DNA from: Entomortierella parvispora E1425
Taxonomy: Eukaryota > Fungi > Mortierellomycota
Assembly: GCA_020891255.1 (NCBI GenBank)
Contig: BQFW01000001.1
Location: forward strand, 1,178,001 to 1,242,000
Direction of reading: 5' to 3'
DNA length: 64,000 bases
A program made the translations under genes and the position numbers. Positions within the stretch are counted from its first letter, which is position 1. Every line of letters begins with the position of its first letter. The notes below the pieces were generated by a model, which ran no database searches, was not told the origin of the DNA, and worked only from the letters and a program-made list of their open reading frames with translations. This document shows, piece after piece, positions 33,912 through 50,492 of this stretch.

Positions 33912-36900
33912 CTACGTCGATTTCGGTGCACGCGGGTTATTAGAGTCCATTTCGGAGAGGTCCAGGTGGGACGGCTGTGCAAGTTGCAGGCTGCCCAGAC
34001 CCATCGCGGTCCTCCTAGAGGCTCCCGTTGGGGACGAGGCTCCAATCGCAGGCGATGTTGCGGCGGAGACATTGGCAGAGGCAGAAGCCGAGGGGGCACC
34101 AGATCCAGAGGTCGACATTCTTGGAGAGAATGCTGTCGTCGGTGAAGGAACGTCGATGATGGTCTCCCTCTGGTGGTAGTGGTGCTGGACCTGTCGGCCA
34201 TGCTGTTGACGGCCCGACGAAGAGTTTGTAGGGCCAGCGGGACGGTTACCACTGCCACCGAATCGCGAAAGGAAAGACTCTTTGACTTCCTTTTCATCCA
34301 CACGCTTGTCTTCCTCATCATCATCGTCATCATCATCGTCATCGTCATCATCATGCCGATCAATGCTACCGCGACGCATGGCCCACCTTCCTCCCGTCTC
34401 ATATCCGAACCGAGGGTTCTCGTTTGCATCCAAGACATCATCGTCAGGGTCTCCAAAGATCATGTTGAAGAAGGCACCAGCTGTTCCACGCGACTGAGTT
34501 TTGCGTGTAGGCGACGGCAATGTTGCAGGCGTGACGGCAGATGGCCCTGTGCCGGCTGTGGCAGCGTTGCCAATTGGGTCTGTGGATGTTGCGGTTGAAG
34601 GGCCTGCTTGAGCTGTGGCTGAATGGGTGGGAACCGCAGTCCCAGCGGCACTACTGGACGAAGGAACGGCAACGCCTGCAGAGCCCGGAGGATAAAACGT
34701 CATATCTCGGATCCCACCAGAGCGTCCTGCTCCTGTCAAAGAGTGTCCATGGTGATGACTGATAGTATGTCTATGGTGCATGAATGGGCCTGCGAACATA
34801 GTCGATCGGACAGTCAACGGAGTTGCGTTCGAGACATTAGTGTTTGACGTGTCGTGAACAAAGGAAACTCGAGGACTTTGGGTCGGAGATGTTGAGGGTA
34901 GGACGACGCTGCTCCTGTTATGATGAATGGGTTGTCGGACGCTCAAGAACGGGGAAGGAGCCGTTGCATGGGGAGTTGTGGGTGTAGACGCTGTTGGAGA
35001 TGGCGCATCACCAACTTCAGAGGGTAGAGGTGCCGGAGGCATCGAAACGCTACGCTTGAATCGTGTGTTTGCGACGGGTCCTCCAGTACTGACAATGTGC
35101 TCCTCCTGTGCAAGTGTCGGCGAGAACTGGAAGGTACTCTTAGGTGACGTTGGAGAAAAGATGCGAATGCTGGAGAGTGAGGCAGAGTGACTCATGGGTG
35201 TCGCGCGAAGAGGCATGGGAGAAAGACCCCCTTGCTGCTGACGACCATGGTCATCCACAACCAGAGTGGTCCTGTCCCCAGATTGGCTCCTGCGGGTCGC
35301 CAAGGACGGTATAGCAGCAATCTCATCTGTGGTAAAAAACCTTCTCTCCCCGACCCCTGCTGACGTGGGACCAAGCGGGGGTGAGTCTGAGAGACATCCC
35401 TGCCAGTTGGAGGGCGAAGGATGAGAGTGGACACCACCTCCGTTATCAAAGTTGGATCCAATCGTGTTCCTGCGAGTTGGATGGTGTTCCTTGCTCAGAT
35501 GCGGGCTTTGCAGCAGCCTTTGATGTTGAAGTGCGGCCTCATTCTCGCTCTCCTGGACTCTAAACTCAAGCTTCTGCGAGGTAGCCGAGCTGTTGAGAGA
35601 AAAGTCAATTTCAACAGTGTCATCCAAATCCCAGTGCTCGTAGAGAGGATTCTTGGGCAACCACATCTTCCTGTTGAGAGGCTTGAGCAAGGCCGGATGA
35701 ATGTACGTTTCGAAGTCTGAGGTCCTGTCTTGATAGGTCAACTTCGAAGGGGTATGTTCAAAGTGGGACGCAAGAGGATGACAAGACATTCCCGAGTTAC
35801 GGACACCAAAGTTTTCGAGATAAAATCCGTCTTCATCCAAGAAACCTCCAGAATAGCGAACTTGCTCTTCCTCTCTGTCGCCCTCCATTATCTCGTCTAC
35901 TCCTTCTTCTACGGACGCGCTCAGCACTGGCTTGCCGTCTTCAACTGTAAAGAGCTTGATCTCTTTTGTAGAGCTGTCGTTGGAAAGGGGCGAGGGTTCA
36001 ATATCATCGCGAGTATGGATCTTGAGTGAAAGAGACGGCTTTGACGAGTTGTTCATCTTTCCATCGCGTAAACTATCAACCATTCGAGAAACGCTCATAC
36101 CGAGTCCTGTCGATCCAGCAAGATAGTCCCCGCTCGTAGACATTATTTCAATCTGATCAACACGCGGTTTCTCAGAATCGGCAGTACCAGCTTCGGGAAG
36201 AGTCGGCTTTGTATCCATCTTGTCACTATGTTCGTCCGCAGCAAGTTTTTCGTAACGATCCGACTGTGAGGAATGTCGAAGGGTTGTGAAAGGGCCACCA
36301 TAGTCAGAGTCGGTCATCGAGCCTACGGTGATTCCTCCGCTTGAGAAGGCAGTCGATTTTCCTCCTTCGTCTTTGGACCCCTGTTCATGAGACTTTTCGC
36401 TCAACTGTTCAGTGCTTCCTCCATGTCGACGTCGAAGTCCAGAATCCATGTAGACGCTGGATCGGGCGGAGGCGCTTCCATTCGGCGTGGGGATTTCATT
36501 CATGGCGCATGATGACTCGTTGTCAAAATTGCGCAAACCCGTATCCAAAGGGAGAAACTTTGTCCTTGACTTGAAGAGATCGCTACACAGGATCTTGAAG
36601 TACGTTGTGAACCCCAAGAGGGCCACAATAAAAAAGCCTCCGACCAATGCCTGCTTGAGCCACAGCACACCAATCATGGTGATCTGAAAGATGAGAAGGC
36701 CGTCGGTCGTGTACTGGAACACATGTCGGAAGAACTTGCCACTGCTCTCGTACTTGCGGATATAACAATATGCAAATTGGTACTTGAATACCAAGAGTGC
36801 GAAAGCAAAGTATGGTACGGCTGCGATCAGGATGAGCGGACTAATAACAGAGTAGATGAATGTGATAACCAGCGCAAGGATGTTTTGCGGGTAGTAGTAG

Positions 36901-39511
36901 TAGTACTGAAAACACCAAGGGGTTGTCGCACGCTGAAGGGATCGAGGAGTAGGCGTGAGTTTGCGTGCTGTGACAAAAGAGTGAATGACCAGTTGCGCCC
37001 ACACTTGAACCAGCTCCAAGGAATGAGTACAGGTGTTGAAGACGATGTAAAAGATGAAAAAAGTCGATCCTGCAGGCAAACTGGCAGCGAGAAGCGTGAA
37101 AATGTTTGTTGGCTGTTGGATAAGAGTGATAATCGACTTTAGGATAGCTGTCCCGATCATGAAGACAAACAGAACGTTGAATATGAGGAAGTGGTAGTAT
37201 CGTCGGAAGACATTGCCTTCCAGCGCCGAGTGCGATACTGGTAGCTCTTGCTTGGAGATTTCTATTGGTTTGCGGAAACTGGTTAATGCAATGTCTAGCT
37301 GGAGCGGTGCGGAGGAGTCGAACCACGTGACAGCGTTGTTTCGCCTTCATTGTTGCGAATATGCGACAACTTTGTTCTAATTCTTCTGATCACCATTATC
37401 AAGTCATCAAGTGCCATGGTTCTTTGGTCTCTCTCTGGTTCACTTACCAAGGATAATCACCGGGGCTAGAGCCAAAAAGATTGTGACAAACACAATTGGC
37501 AGGACGTTTTGAAGCAGAGACTGGATCAACGGCGATGCCTCCAGGATGGGCTTTAAGAAAGTAAATCTGGCGGACAAGGCACCAAGCGAGGTGAGAAGCA
37601 AGAACGAAGACGTTGGAAAAATCCAAAAGATGATCAACACCCTAGAGGCAGTAAGCAATTGCAGAGAGTACTGGTTAGTGTGTGGTCTATATTACGGGGC
37701 TGTCTTTTGTTCCGCAGAGTGGCAAAATGGCAAAATGGCAAAAGCTTACCAAATGCTCAAGTTCACCACCACGGAGCGAGAGAACCGGTTACGAAAGCTG
37801 GCAGTCAGATTGCTCCACAGGACATCTCTAGGCTCCATTGCTGGTCGGACACTCAATCCTTGAGGTCGAGAGTCGATCTTGGCTTGCGCGCAAAGTTGGG
37901 CCGAAAGATGGTGCTTGAAGGTCACAAACCCAAACGATGTAGACTTGTATCGCAACGATCCATCTCTGAGCTCTCCCACTTTTCGATCCAACTTGTTGTA
38001 TTTTTTGACAAAGTATTCGATGGACTCGACCCGATCGCCAGCTTTGAATCGGGTTTGAGGTCGTGTTGGTTGATACTTGTCAAAGGCGTGGCGATCCAAA
38101 GATGCGAGAACGTTCCAGATGGTGATGGGTGGTGGATTCAGGGACAAGCATGAACCCATTGGATCGACATCCTCCTGTCCATTGACATATATATCGATAA
38201 TGTCCGAGTGATGTGAGAGGGCCGACAATGGGATATTGAGCTGAGGCTGAGACTGACTCTGAGTTGGTAGTCTCTTGTGCGCAAAGATGGACTTGCGGAC
38301 CTTATTGAATCGCTTTTTGTCAGCGTAGAGGTCCTGAGCTATCTTTTCCAGTGTTGTCACGTCGACACTCTGGATGCCGAGGGAGTCTCTTTTGTGGGGT
38401 TGCAGGAGAGACTGATCCATGGTTATTGTCGCCGGCGCGGTGTACATAAACTTTCCGTGCTTGATGCTGTCCAAGACCGACCTAGCGAGTTCGATATGAG
38501 CCTTTTCCAGCATGTTGAGTGCACTCTCCCGTCGATCTATCTTTTGGCTCAGGCGTCCACAATGCTGGACCACAGTTGCAGTCTCGACGGGTCCCATCTT
38601 CAAAGATTCAAAGTATTGCTTCAGAGCAGCGTCTGACCGGAGGTTAGAGGGGAGTCGGCTGATAAAGATGGACCTCTCCGCGATTTCTCCTTGCCGAATC
38701 CGCTGCAGGGTGTACTCGCGTCGTAGATCCATCCATTGCCAGTAATTTTTGAAGAGGAGAAACATCCAGCTGATGGTGACCATGTAGGTCAAAAATACGT
38801 GAGCCCAAAGAACGTTCGAGTCGTCTGGTACGTTTGAAATGCTCATCCGTGGGACTTCGGAGACCTGATGACTGGCTGTGTAGTGAATGGGCAAAAGAAT
38901 GACGCCGACGACGATCGCGTTGAAGACACAGAACTGCAGACACATCTTGAGGAAGCGGAGGAACATGACGGCATCTAGTCCCACGTTCGTTATATAGAAC
39001 TCTTCTGGTATCTTTATGGTTGGCTTTATCCATCCCAGAAACTTGAGTGACATGGGCGGGGATGGGTTGCTGCAAAACAGTTTCAAGAAGTAGGCGGAGT
39101 TAGCGAGAACGTTCATTTGTGTCTCCTGCGCACATCGGACCACCGTTTGGCTCTGTTGCCTTTGGGCGAAACTTGTGATAATGACATTTGTCGGTGTGGC
39201 GCACAATATGCAGCAGCCAATGATCATCCGGCAGAATCTCAGTGCCGTCATGCATTCTGGACAACAGCCCTTTGCGGCCCTCGTTTGGAGAACGAGGGCT
39301 GAAGTTGGCGGGAACAAGAGAGAGGGAAGAGGGTCTTTTGGGCTTACACTTTTAGACGACATCGGGGTGAATAGAGGTACTGGAGTGTCTTTTTCCTCCG
39401 GTTCCATTCAAAAATGCCAACGCAGACCACACTGATGCCAGCGCTTAGGCCGATCTGAGCGACCAGCCCGTTAAAAGTGGGTACAAGATATCGAGTAGAG
39501 TAATCCGTCAT
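33912..39511 (-). CDS. OSCA/TMEM63/CSC1-family calcium-permeable stress-gated channel (~1675 aa)
   Basis: Exons 39511-39348, 39069-37750, 37641-37448 and 37261-33912; 5028 nt in frame. Motifs YLYSPR, GWIKP, GLDAVMFLRFL, VILLPIHY, FGFVTF, AMEPRDVLWSNL, ISPLIL..YF..LVFKYQFAYCY, HPAL. Confidence 0.95.
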
Positions 39512-41212
39512 GCTGTCGACTGATGATGGGCGCCAGGCGACGTCGACAGCGAAGGTAAGGTCCGAGAGAGTTGGGCGCCGAGATGAAAAAGTCTGTGCGT
39601 GAGGGTTGACAGGAGAAGGAGGAAGGAGGAAGAAGTATCGAATATAGGTAGGATAGCGGGAACCACTCAGAAGAAATGCGAGCAATCAGCGAGCATGCAA
39701 AGAAGGATCGACGACTTGTTCAGGAATGAAATGCAATGGTGCTCAAGGGACTCTTTCAGAGCAGAGAGAGAGAGAGAGATACAGGGACGAGGACGGTGGA
39801 ATGGAGAGCGATAGAGAGAGAGAGGGTGCGATAGAGAGAGAGGGTGCGATAGAAACGAGATGGGATGGGAGTCCTCCAGGGTGAGTACAGACTGGGATGG
39901 AAGCAAGCAAGGAAGAAAGGAAGGCAGGATGGATGGATGCTGGAATGGACTGAATGATGTCTGCAGATGAAGCGAATGCCTTTGTCGACCGAGAGACGAA
40001 GACGAAAGAGAAGGGAGAGAAGTGAGAGAGGGAGGGTGAAGGAACAATGAAGTGAAGGTGAGAGATGCACACCATGGACCATGGACAATGGACAATGGAG
40101 GTGGCAGACAACAGGGACACAAAAAAAAGAAAAAGAAAAAAAAAAAAAAAAAAAAAAGAGGCTATTCCTGACAAGGGTGTTATGTGTGCCATCCAATCCA
40201 ATCCATCAAAGCCTGTTTGTGTTTGGTCGGACAAGAGAGACGCCTGAGGGACGAGCGCCCTGGAGGCAGGCACACACATATTTTTGTGTATACTATACTA
40301 TGCACCCAGCCAGTGAGAAACAGCACGGCACACACGGCACACACGGACAGCTGGCTTGCAACTGCCTCTTTGGTCACCCACCGAACCCCCTTCCCTTCCC
40401 TTCCCTTCCCTTCCCTTCCTGCGCTCGCTGTCAGCGGCTTGCTTGTGTCCCCCTCTGCTCTCCCTTCGTCTATCCCTCCTGCGTCCTCTACTCTTTCTCT
40501 CTTTCTTTCTCTCTTTCTCTCTCTCTCTCCCCCCTCCCCCTTCGTTGTAAGCTCCGCTTTATTTTCTGCTCCTGGTGGCTATATCCCTGAACCCTTGACA
40601 GCTCTTTCTGGATCTGCAGTGGGAGGCTCATTGCTGGAAAACACACCTGTCCGGTCAGATTCATGAGATGGAAGACATGGACCATTGGTTATCAGTCTCC
40701 TTTTTTCCCCCCTCCTCCTTTTCATGATCAGGGTCATGGCAAACTCATGGTCACACCTATGTTACCGAGGCATGACCACTGGGCTAACCTCTCCCAGGCC
40801 AGGCTTTGAGTTTATTATCTGTTTTTGGTGGCGCCATGCTTTGCGGGAACTGAGCTGTAGTCATGTTTTGAAAATAAAGATAGCCGTTGGCACTAGGTTC
40901 TCTTTTCAATGCCTGATAATACACAGCTGGACGAGAAGCTCTTCAATTGACACAAAGAAAACCTTGGTGCCTGGCTGCTTCGACAAGTGAAACCCTGCAG
41001 GACGTCTGTCCTGTTCAGGTTAAGGGGCGCCAATGTTTTCATTTTGCCACCAATCCAATCTCGTACAAGCGGCATGGACCAATTGCAACATCCATTCCCA
41101 TTCATTCATTCAGTTGTTTCCATTGTCCGTACGAGCATCCATTGGTGTCTTGAATACATTCTTGAGCCCACCTTCTCTGCGACGACCATCATACCAAAAA
41201 GTGCGGATAGCA

Positions 41213-44577
<3,365 letters not shown>

Positions 44578-44628
44578 CGCTGAACTCTAGACAATAAAAC
44601 ACGCTCCATCTCCATCATTGCCTCCTAT

Positions 44629-44934
44629 TCACGTCTCCGTAGTTGAGGTAATTGTATTGATTTCATTCTTTGAAGGACCAGCCTTCTTGCACTTGAGTTC
44701 GAATTGAGGCTGAGTTCGAAGCTGAATAAGGTTGCCACCAGAAACAGAGAGCGACCCAACTCGTCTTCTTTTGCAGTGCAGTTCTAAGGCGTTGACTTTT
44801 TTTCCTTCTTGAATAGCTAGATAATAATGCTCAAGTAGTCCAGAGCACCGTCGCCAATGCTCGAAAGCCGGACAAGAGCATGAAGAAAGGAGACGGTAGT
44901 CTACTCCTTTTCTTGGAGGTGCCATGAGAATCAT
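44629..44934 (-). mobile_element. Possible decayed SWIM-zinc-finger (MULE-type) transposase fragment
   Basis: CSCPAFEHWRRCSGLL resembles the SWIM CxC-xn-CxH motif with the His lost. It is isolated and adjacent to other TE debris. Confidence 0.3.
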
Positions 44935-45572
44935 CTTTTTTTTTTTTTTATAGAGGCGAAAGAGAACAAGAACAGGGACACAGAGGGTATCGCCAATCGA
45001 CTCTGTAGCAAGCTACAGACATCTGGAGTCTGCAAAGGCTACCAACCGATCGATTCGGGCATGAAAACCTTCTTGTGCCAAGGGTGAGGATTTGGCCATC
45101 CGATTTATATCAGGCAAATACTAACATTGATTCAGTTTAGAGGAACCACCATGCCGGCTCTAGAGCCAACGTGGATGTTGATGGAACACCAATGACAAGC
45201 ACGAATGCTGGTAAGACGCTTTTTCTTTTTGGTGGGTTGGGACGTGCTCAGACCTCACTCTTCAGTCTTCAATTATATCTCGTTTGCCTTAGTCACCTCT
45301 ACTTTCTCTACCAGATTCATTAGCAACACAACCATGTTTTCTGTTGTTCATTCGGATGCACAAAAGTTAATCAAGGCAAAACAGCCGAGAGCAAGCCATC
45401 GCTAAATTGCGCACTGCAAAAGAAATAAAAGAGTCTGCTTATTTTAAAGACAACAGCTCCACCATTCCTCTTCTTCTCTCTATCAGCTCAACCTCCCTTC
45501 CCCCTCTCCTCCTCCTCCTCGCTCTTCTTCCTTATCCCCTACGGGTGGCGTCACATCAGATGGCGATGGTCT

Positions 45573-46023
45573 TCAAGAGGAGACCGCCCTTTCAGATAAA
45601 CGGATCTCCCGTGAGAAAGGAACGTCCACAGTAGCTGCAGTGTTTTCTATGGGATAGGCATACGACCTCAATGACGCGCGTCTGTCCTTCCTTGGCCGCT
45701 CTGGAAAGTGGTGCAGCTCTTTCACGTTTTGTTGAAACCGCTCAATGTCATCTGGGTTTGATTCGCGTGCTCGTTTCTGCAATTTTCTTCTTGTGAGGTT
45801 CAGGTCTCTTCGTAGGGCACGGCAAACGGTGGGGGTTGAGGTGTCTTGTAGCTGTGGAAATTGTTGCTGGATGGCCCCCTGTAGCTCCTCAAGGATGAAG
45901 CAAGGGTGGTTCTTGATGTAAGACTCGACGAAAGCCAACACCTCTGGTGGCCATCGAGAAGAGCTTTTGCGCGTATGTTCAATGTGAACGTTCCCTGTCT
46001 TGTTGAAATGATCTGTCCATTTC

Positions 46024-46060
<37 letters not shown>

Positions 46061-46241
46061 GAGTAAGAAAAAAAAAAAGAGAGAAACGCGCGAGGGACGC
46101 GACTCAACAATGCGACTTACGGGACCATTTCGTGATCGTGTGTTGCGAAATGCCTAGCAGCCCTGATACAGCAGACCTGGGCAGGGCCATTATATTGTAG
46201 AGCTTAATGGCGCACCAGCGAGTATCGTCTGAATAGGTCAT
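45573..46241 (-). mobile_element. Degenerate Tc1/mariner (IS630-like) transposase with one intron
   Basis: Exon 46241-46121 (MTYSDDTRWCAIKLY..SGLLGISQHTITKW, HTH-like). GT-AG intron 46120-46013 with a long poly-T tract. Exon 46012-45573 (HFNKTGNV..WPPEVLAFVESYIKNHPCFILEELQ..STPTVCRALRRDLNLTRRKLQKRARE). The expected first-Asp 'FxDE(T/S)' segment is missing before KDRRASLRSYA. No TIRs were identified. Confidence 0.75.
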
Positions 46242-47383
46242 TGGGGATGTGGGTGATGCGGGGTGATGCGGTTGAGAGAAGCAATGTGCACGCTACTCAT
46301 CTTTTTACGCTCTCTGACTGCGTAGAAATTTGATAATATACTAAACACAATTACACGATAAACGAATGCCAGGTAAAATACGAACATACTCACGCTCTTT
46401 CGAACAAGACGCAGAAACTCCATGTCATTTCAGTTCCAAAACGCACCCAGCGCTTTGTCAAGACAGACCGCTCTTACAAAAGATACGAGATTTTCAAACT
46501 TCTTTGGTGGGACTAGATGACTTGCACCATAGAACGACAAAGGCATTCATATCAGTCCAAATAAGCACGCGATGATCAAGTCTTTGATGTAGTTCTAGAG
46601 TGAATTGGCGCAATATATAATGACACGTATTTGGCCCCACCTTTGTCCCCACAAACATTCCAGACCTCACACCCAAAGCTATGTGTTGATTTCATTGCTT
46701 CTCTTCAGAGAGCGACAGCTTGTAAACCGATGTCGAGCTATGACCTTAAGGATAATGCTTCGGAGTGATCCCGTGCAAAGCGCTTCGTGGATCCATTTTC
46801 TTCCCATGACTTAGTCATGGAGCCGTCAGCGCCTTCCATCTTGTGAAAGGTCTGCCTCCTTGCGCTTTAATCCGAATCGAGACTGAACGTCTGGTAGAGC
46901 AAGGTTGCCATCCAAAACAGAGCGCGCGCGCGCGCGTTTTTTTTTTTTGCTTTCAACTTGTTCCCTCCAGCTGGGCGTACAACTTCTTTGAAGAGTTGAC
47001 TACTTATCTCCTAGTCTCTCTTGATATTGTCTAGATCATGCTCGTAAAATCAAGACTGTAGCCGTCGCCGAGGGTCAAACAGCCTGGCTGCAGTATGAAC
47101 AAAATCAACATACCTCAAGAATCAATCTCGAATTTCTCAACCTTCCACCTCTCTGTGGCCATGATCACCAGAGATACATCCTTTGCATTTGGACTGGGAA
47201 AAAACCTTCATCAGGGTCCCGTCTTCGAGTCCAGTCCATGTCCTGACGAAAACGAATAAACATTTGGAAAGCGTCAAGCGACTGACCTCTGAAGATGCGA
47301 AAGAATTTCATGATAAATATCGTCGATTGTTCGAAGGGTTCAAAATGGTATCATTTAATATATATATTTCTTTTCAGGTCCTT

Positions 47384-48925
47384 TTACAGCTTGAACTCGC
47401 CGTTCTTTCCCTTGGTCATGATCTCTTCCAAGAATCGGCAATAAGTCTCTGTCTGCTCACCGGGGAGAGCATGGCCGGATCCTTCAAAGATGACCATCTT
47501 GCATTGCAACTCCTTTTGCAAGTGGTAGGATCCCGAAGGGCGAACGAAATTGTCGACAGTGCCGGTGACGACCAAGACGGGCAATCCTGATTCACGGATC
47601 TGGGCCAGTCGCTTGGAGTTGACGTGGTGGAAGAGAGCCGCGTAGGATTGAGCAATGTTGGCATGGAGTGGTTGCAAGGGAGTGTTCTTGAATCTCTTGA
47701 TCAAGCTCTAGTAGACAGTGGGATAATGCAGTTTGCCGATGTGAGTGTCATCCTTTTTGCACTCAAGTCTCAAGGTCCTACAGAAGCCTCTCCTAGTGTT
47801 TGCGTTTGTTGGTGATCGGAGAAAGTGGGCATGCAAATAGATCAACTTACGGAATAGACCATCTCGCGGTTGCTGGCGAAAGACGAGTTCTTGGGACTCT
47901 TTTCGAGCCATGCCTGTTTTTCATACATGTAAATTAAAAAAAAGGAAACGCACGTGCGTGAGCATCGATCACAAACGGAAATTCTTTCTCTCGATCACTC
48001 CCGGGCCATGGTGCTGAACGGAGCTTGAACGTGCGCGTCCGTCAGCCGAGCAAACAATCAGCCACAAAAAAAGTGAACCAGCAACCGTATGGACCTGGCT
48101 GTTCGTTCTCCTTCTGTTTGGCAAAAAGGACTTACGACAGGGTAGAGGGTCTCAGCAATGAGCTTTATGCGGGCCTCTGGACTCTTGACCAGGATCACGC
48201 GTGACAAGAACGAGATCGTAACGAGCTGAGGAGGCGAGCGTCCAGCGTTGGTGGAGGTCAGGACCAAAGAGGCGAATCTCTTTGGGTCTGCCAAGACCAA
48301 CTCAAGCGAGATCATTCCTCCCATTGACACGCCTGCCACATGAATGTCCTTCTTCCAGTCCAGAGCATCCAGCAAGTCCAGAGTATCCTGAGCCATCTGG
48401 GATGTTCTGCTCGTCAGAGAGAGAGAGAGAGAAGAGTATTAGTATTGTTTGCCTTCTCGAGCATCAATTGAGAGAGGAACAAAGATTGCAGCAGCCAATT
48501 ATCAAGGCGAAAAAGGTGGCAACAAGAAAAGATAATCGACAGGGCAGGTGGAACGTACGAGTAAAGGCCTTTGGGCGCGTCTGAGAAACCAATGCCTCGG
48601 TTATCAAAAAAGACAGTAGTGTACTCGGGGTTCTTGGAAAAGTGCTCTACCTGTGAATAAGAGAATGGGAAGAAGGTAAAGGAAATGAGCAAACATTGGT
48701 TCTCGTTGCCATCCTTTTCAGCCAATGCGAAATGAATGACTCCACGACTCTAGAGGGGTTGTTCCATACCACTGGCTCCCATGCGCTTCCAGGCGAGTTG
48801 AGACCCATGATGAGAAGGAGCTTGCGAGGACCTGAGCCGGTCTTTTCGTAGTAGAGCTTGAGGGGCTTTCCACGGCTGACGCCCACTTCAACATGGCCCT
48901 TCTCACGAGCAACAGAAGATGTCAT
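47384..48925 (-). CDS. Alpha/beta-fold hydrolase (~301 aa)
   Basis: Exons 48925-48770, 48650-48559, 48406-48136, 47913-47851 and 47707-47384; 906 nt in frame. Motifs LLLIMGL, FDNRGIGFS, GVSMGG nucleophile elbow, GTVD acid, GSGH catalytic His. Confidence 0.92.
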
Positions 48926-49216
48926 TGTGTATAAGTAAGAGGAGGGGGGGATAAATGAATTGAAATGCAAAAAAAGAAGGAAAAAATAAAGAGAATGCAA
49001 AGAGGAATGGAAAAGAGTGGAGGAAAGAGCTCTGGGCGGAAGGCAAAGCCCTGGACAAAAAAAAAAAAAAAGTCTGATCACAGAAAGCAAATGTGCCTGT
49101 GCTTGGTCATCAATTGGACGTCCCACGGACAAATCTTGCCCGATCCGATTTTTTTCTTTTTTTTCTTTTTTTATTATTATTCTTTTGCTATATCCCTTGT
49201 CGTCCCTGGACGGGTA

Positions 49217-50352
49217 TCAGCTGTTGAACAACCGGGTCCACAGTCGTCCGTGAATTCCTGAACAGATATCGCCTACCAAGAACGTCTGGGCTGCATCCTC
49301 AATCTTAAGATCTGCCGTCTTTGCATCAATAAATCGAGCCTTGGACTGTGCCCGGGTCATGATGTGTTGAGCCTGGAATGGTCCCAGAAGTGCGAGTCGA
49401 ATGGCTGATGATAAAAGTGTTCGTGCATGCAGGTGCAGATGTAGGTACCGCGTCGTAGCTATTTTTTTTTAGTCCGTGGTCAGATACTTAGATGAAAATG
49501 ACGGCATTTGAACAAAAAGCAGACGACGGATCAAAAAACAGGGGCCCCCTTACCAAGATCAAATCCCAAAAGCCGTGCCATCATTGAAAATGCGATCGGG
49601 TAATGTCCAGCAAGTTCCTCTGACCGCAACATGGCCTTGAACGGTTTCAAGATCCTGATATTGGCTCCTAGCGCCACTCCGTCCTCATCCTCTTCTTCAT
49701 CCTGTGCACTCCCGGTTTTATACTGATCGGCAAAACATTTGACGCCCATCATGATCATACCATCGCCCTGTTTCCTCGACGCTGCGTTCTGGATGGCATT
49801 GTTCATAAACACGTCGTATTCCCGATCCACATTCGCGATCCGCTTCAACACACTCCGCATGGCCTTGGACTTTCCTTTCTCCGTCTTCAACTCGAACGCG
49901 TCCCGGATAGTCCATTGATCGACCAGATTCCAGACCTCGGTCACGAACGGTAGATTCGTATAACCGCAGGCGTGTACGGACCAATGGATGTAGGCTTCAA
50001 TCTGCTGCACGGATTTCGAGTCGTTGGGGTGCAGCTTTGCAAACGCTTCCAATCCGTTCGAAGCAATAAATCCACCTGTGGGCAAAGCAGAGTCGAGAAA
50101 TTGCCAGAGTAACCAGGATGGGGTCGAGACCTGAGTTTGACTGGAAGTGGCTGCTGGTGCTGGGACTGTGGAGAGTAGTGTTGCTGCGTCCGGAGGAAGT
50201 GCCTCTGAAATTAGAGATGGGTCGGGGTTGATGAATGAAGGCCCGTCCAAAATGGAGCCATTAGCTGGAATGGCCATGATGGGCTGTGCTCCTCCTTTCT
50301 GTCCTGCGGGAGTGGCTAGCTCTGAGGGCGGTGGCGACATGGGTGTGTCCAT
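49217..50352 (-). CDS. ureF: Urease accessory protein UreF (~346 aa)
   Basis: Exons 50352-49554 and 49458-49217; 1041 nt in frame. WLLWQFLDSALPTGGFIASNGLE, GHYPIAF, SAIRLALLGPFQAQ and the C-terminal RLFNS* are UreF hallmarks. Confidence 0.93.
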
Positions 50353-50492
50353 GCTGGATGTCTGTTGAGAGAATGTGGATGAGGTGCAAAAAGGGTGAAG
50401 AATAGATAGATAGGCAGACGCGGGCAGGAGTCGCACATCACATGAAAGCCAATCCTGCGGAATAAAATAGTTTTTATTCAACGTTAATCTTC

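Noticed and set aside
39740-40560. Long ORFs in the OSCA-RecQ intergenic region (and similarly at 56597-57367)
   Set aside because: They consist of GA/CT microsatellites and poly-A/T runs and give low-complexity translations with no coding signature.
46300-47200. Additional transposase or gene between the Tc1 fragment and the hydrolase
   Set aside because: Only short stop-riddled frames with no motif I could identify. Probably TE debris, but unsupported.
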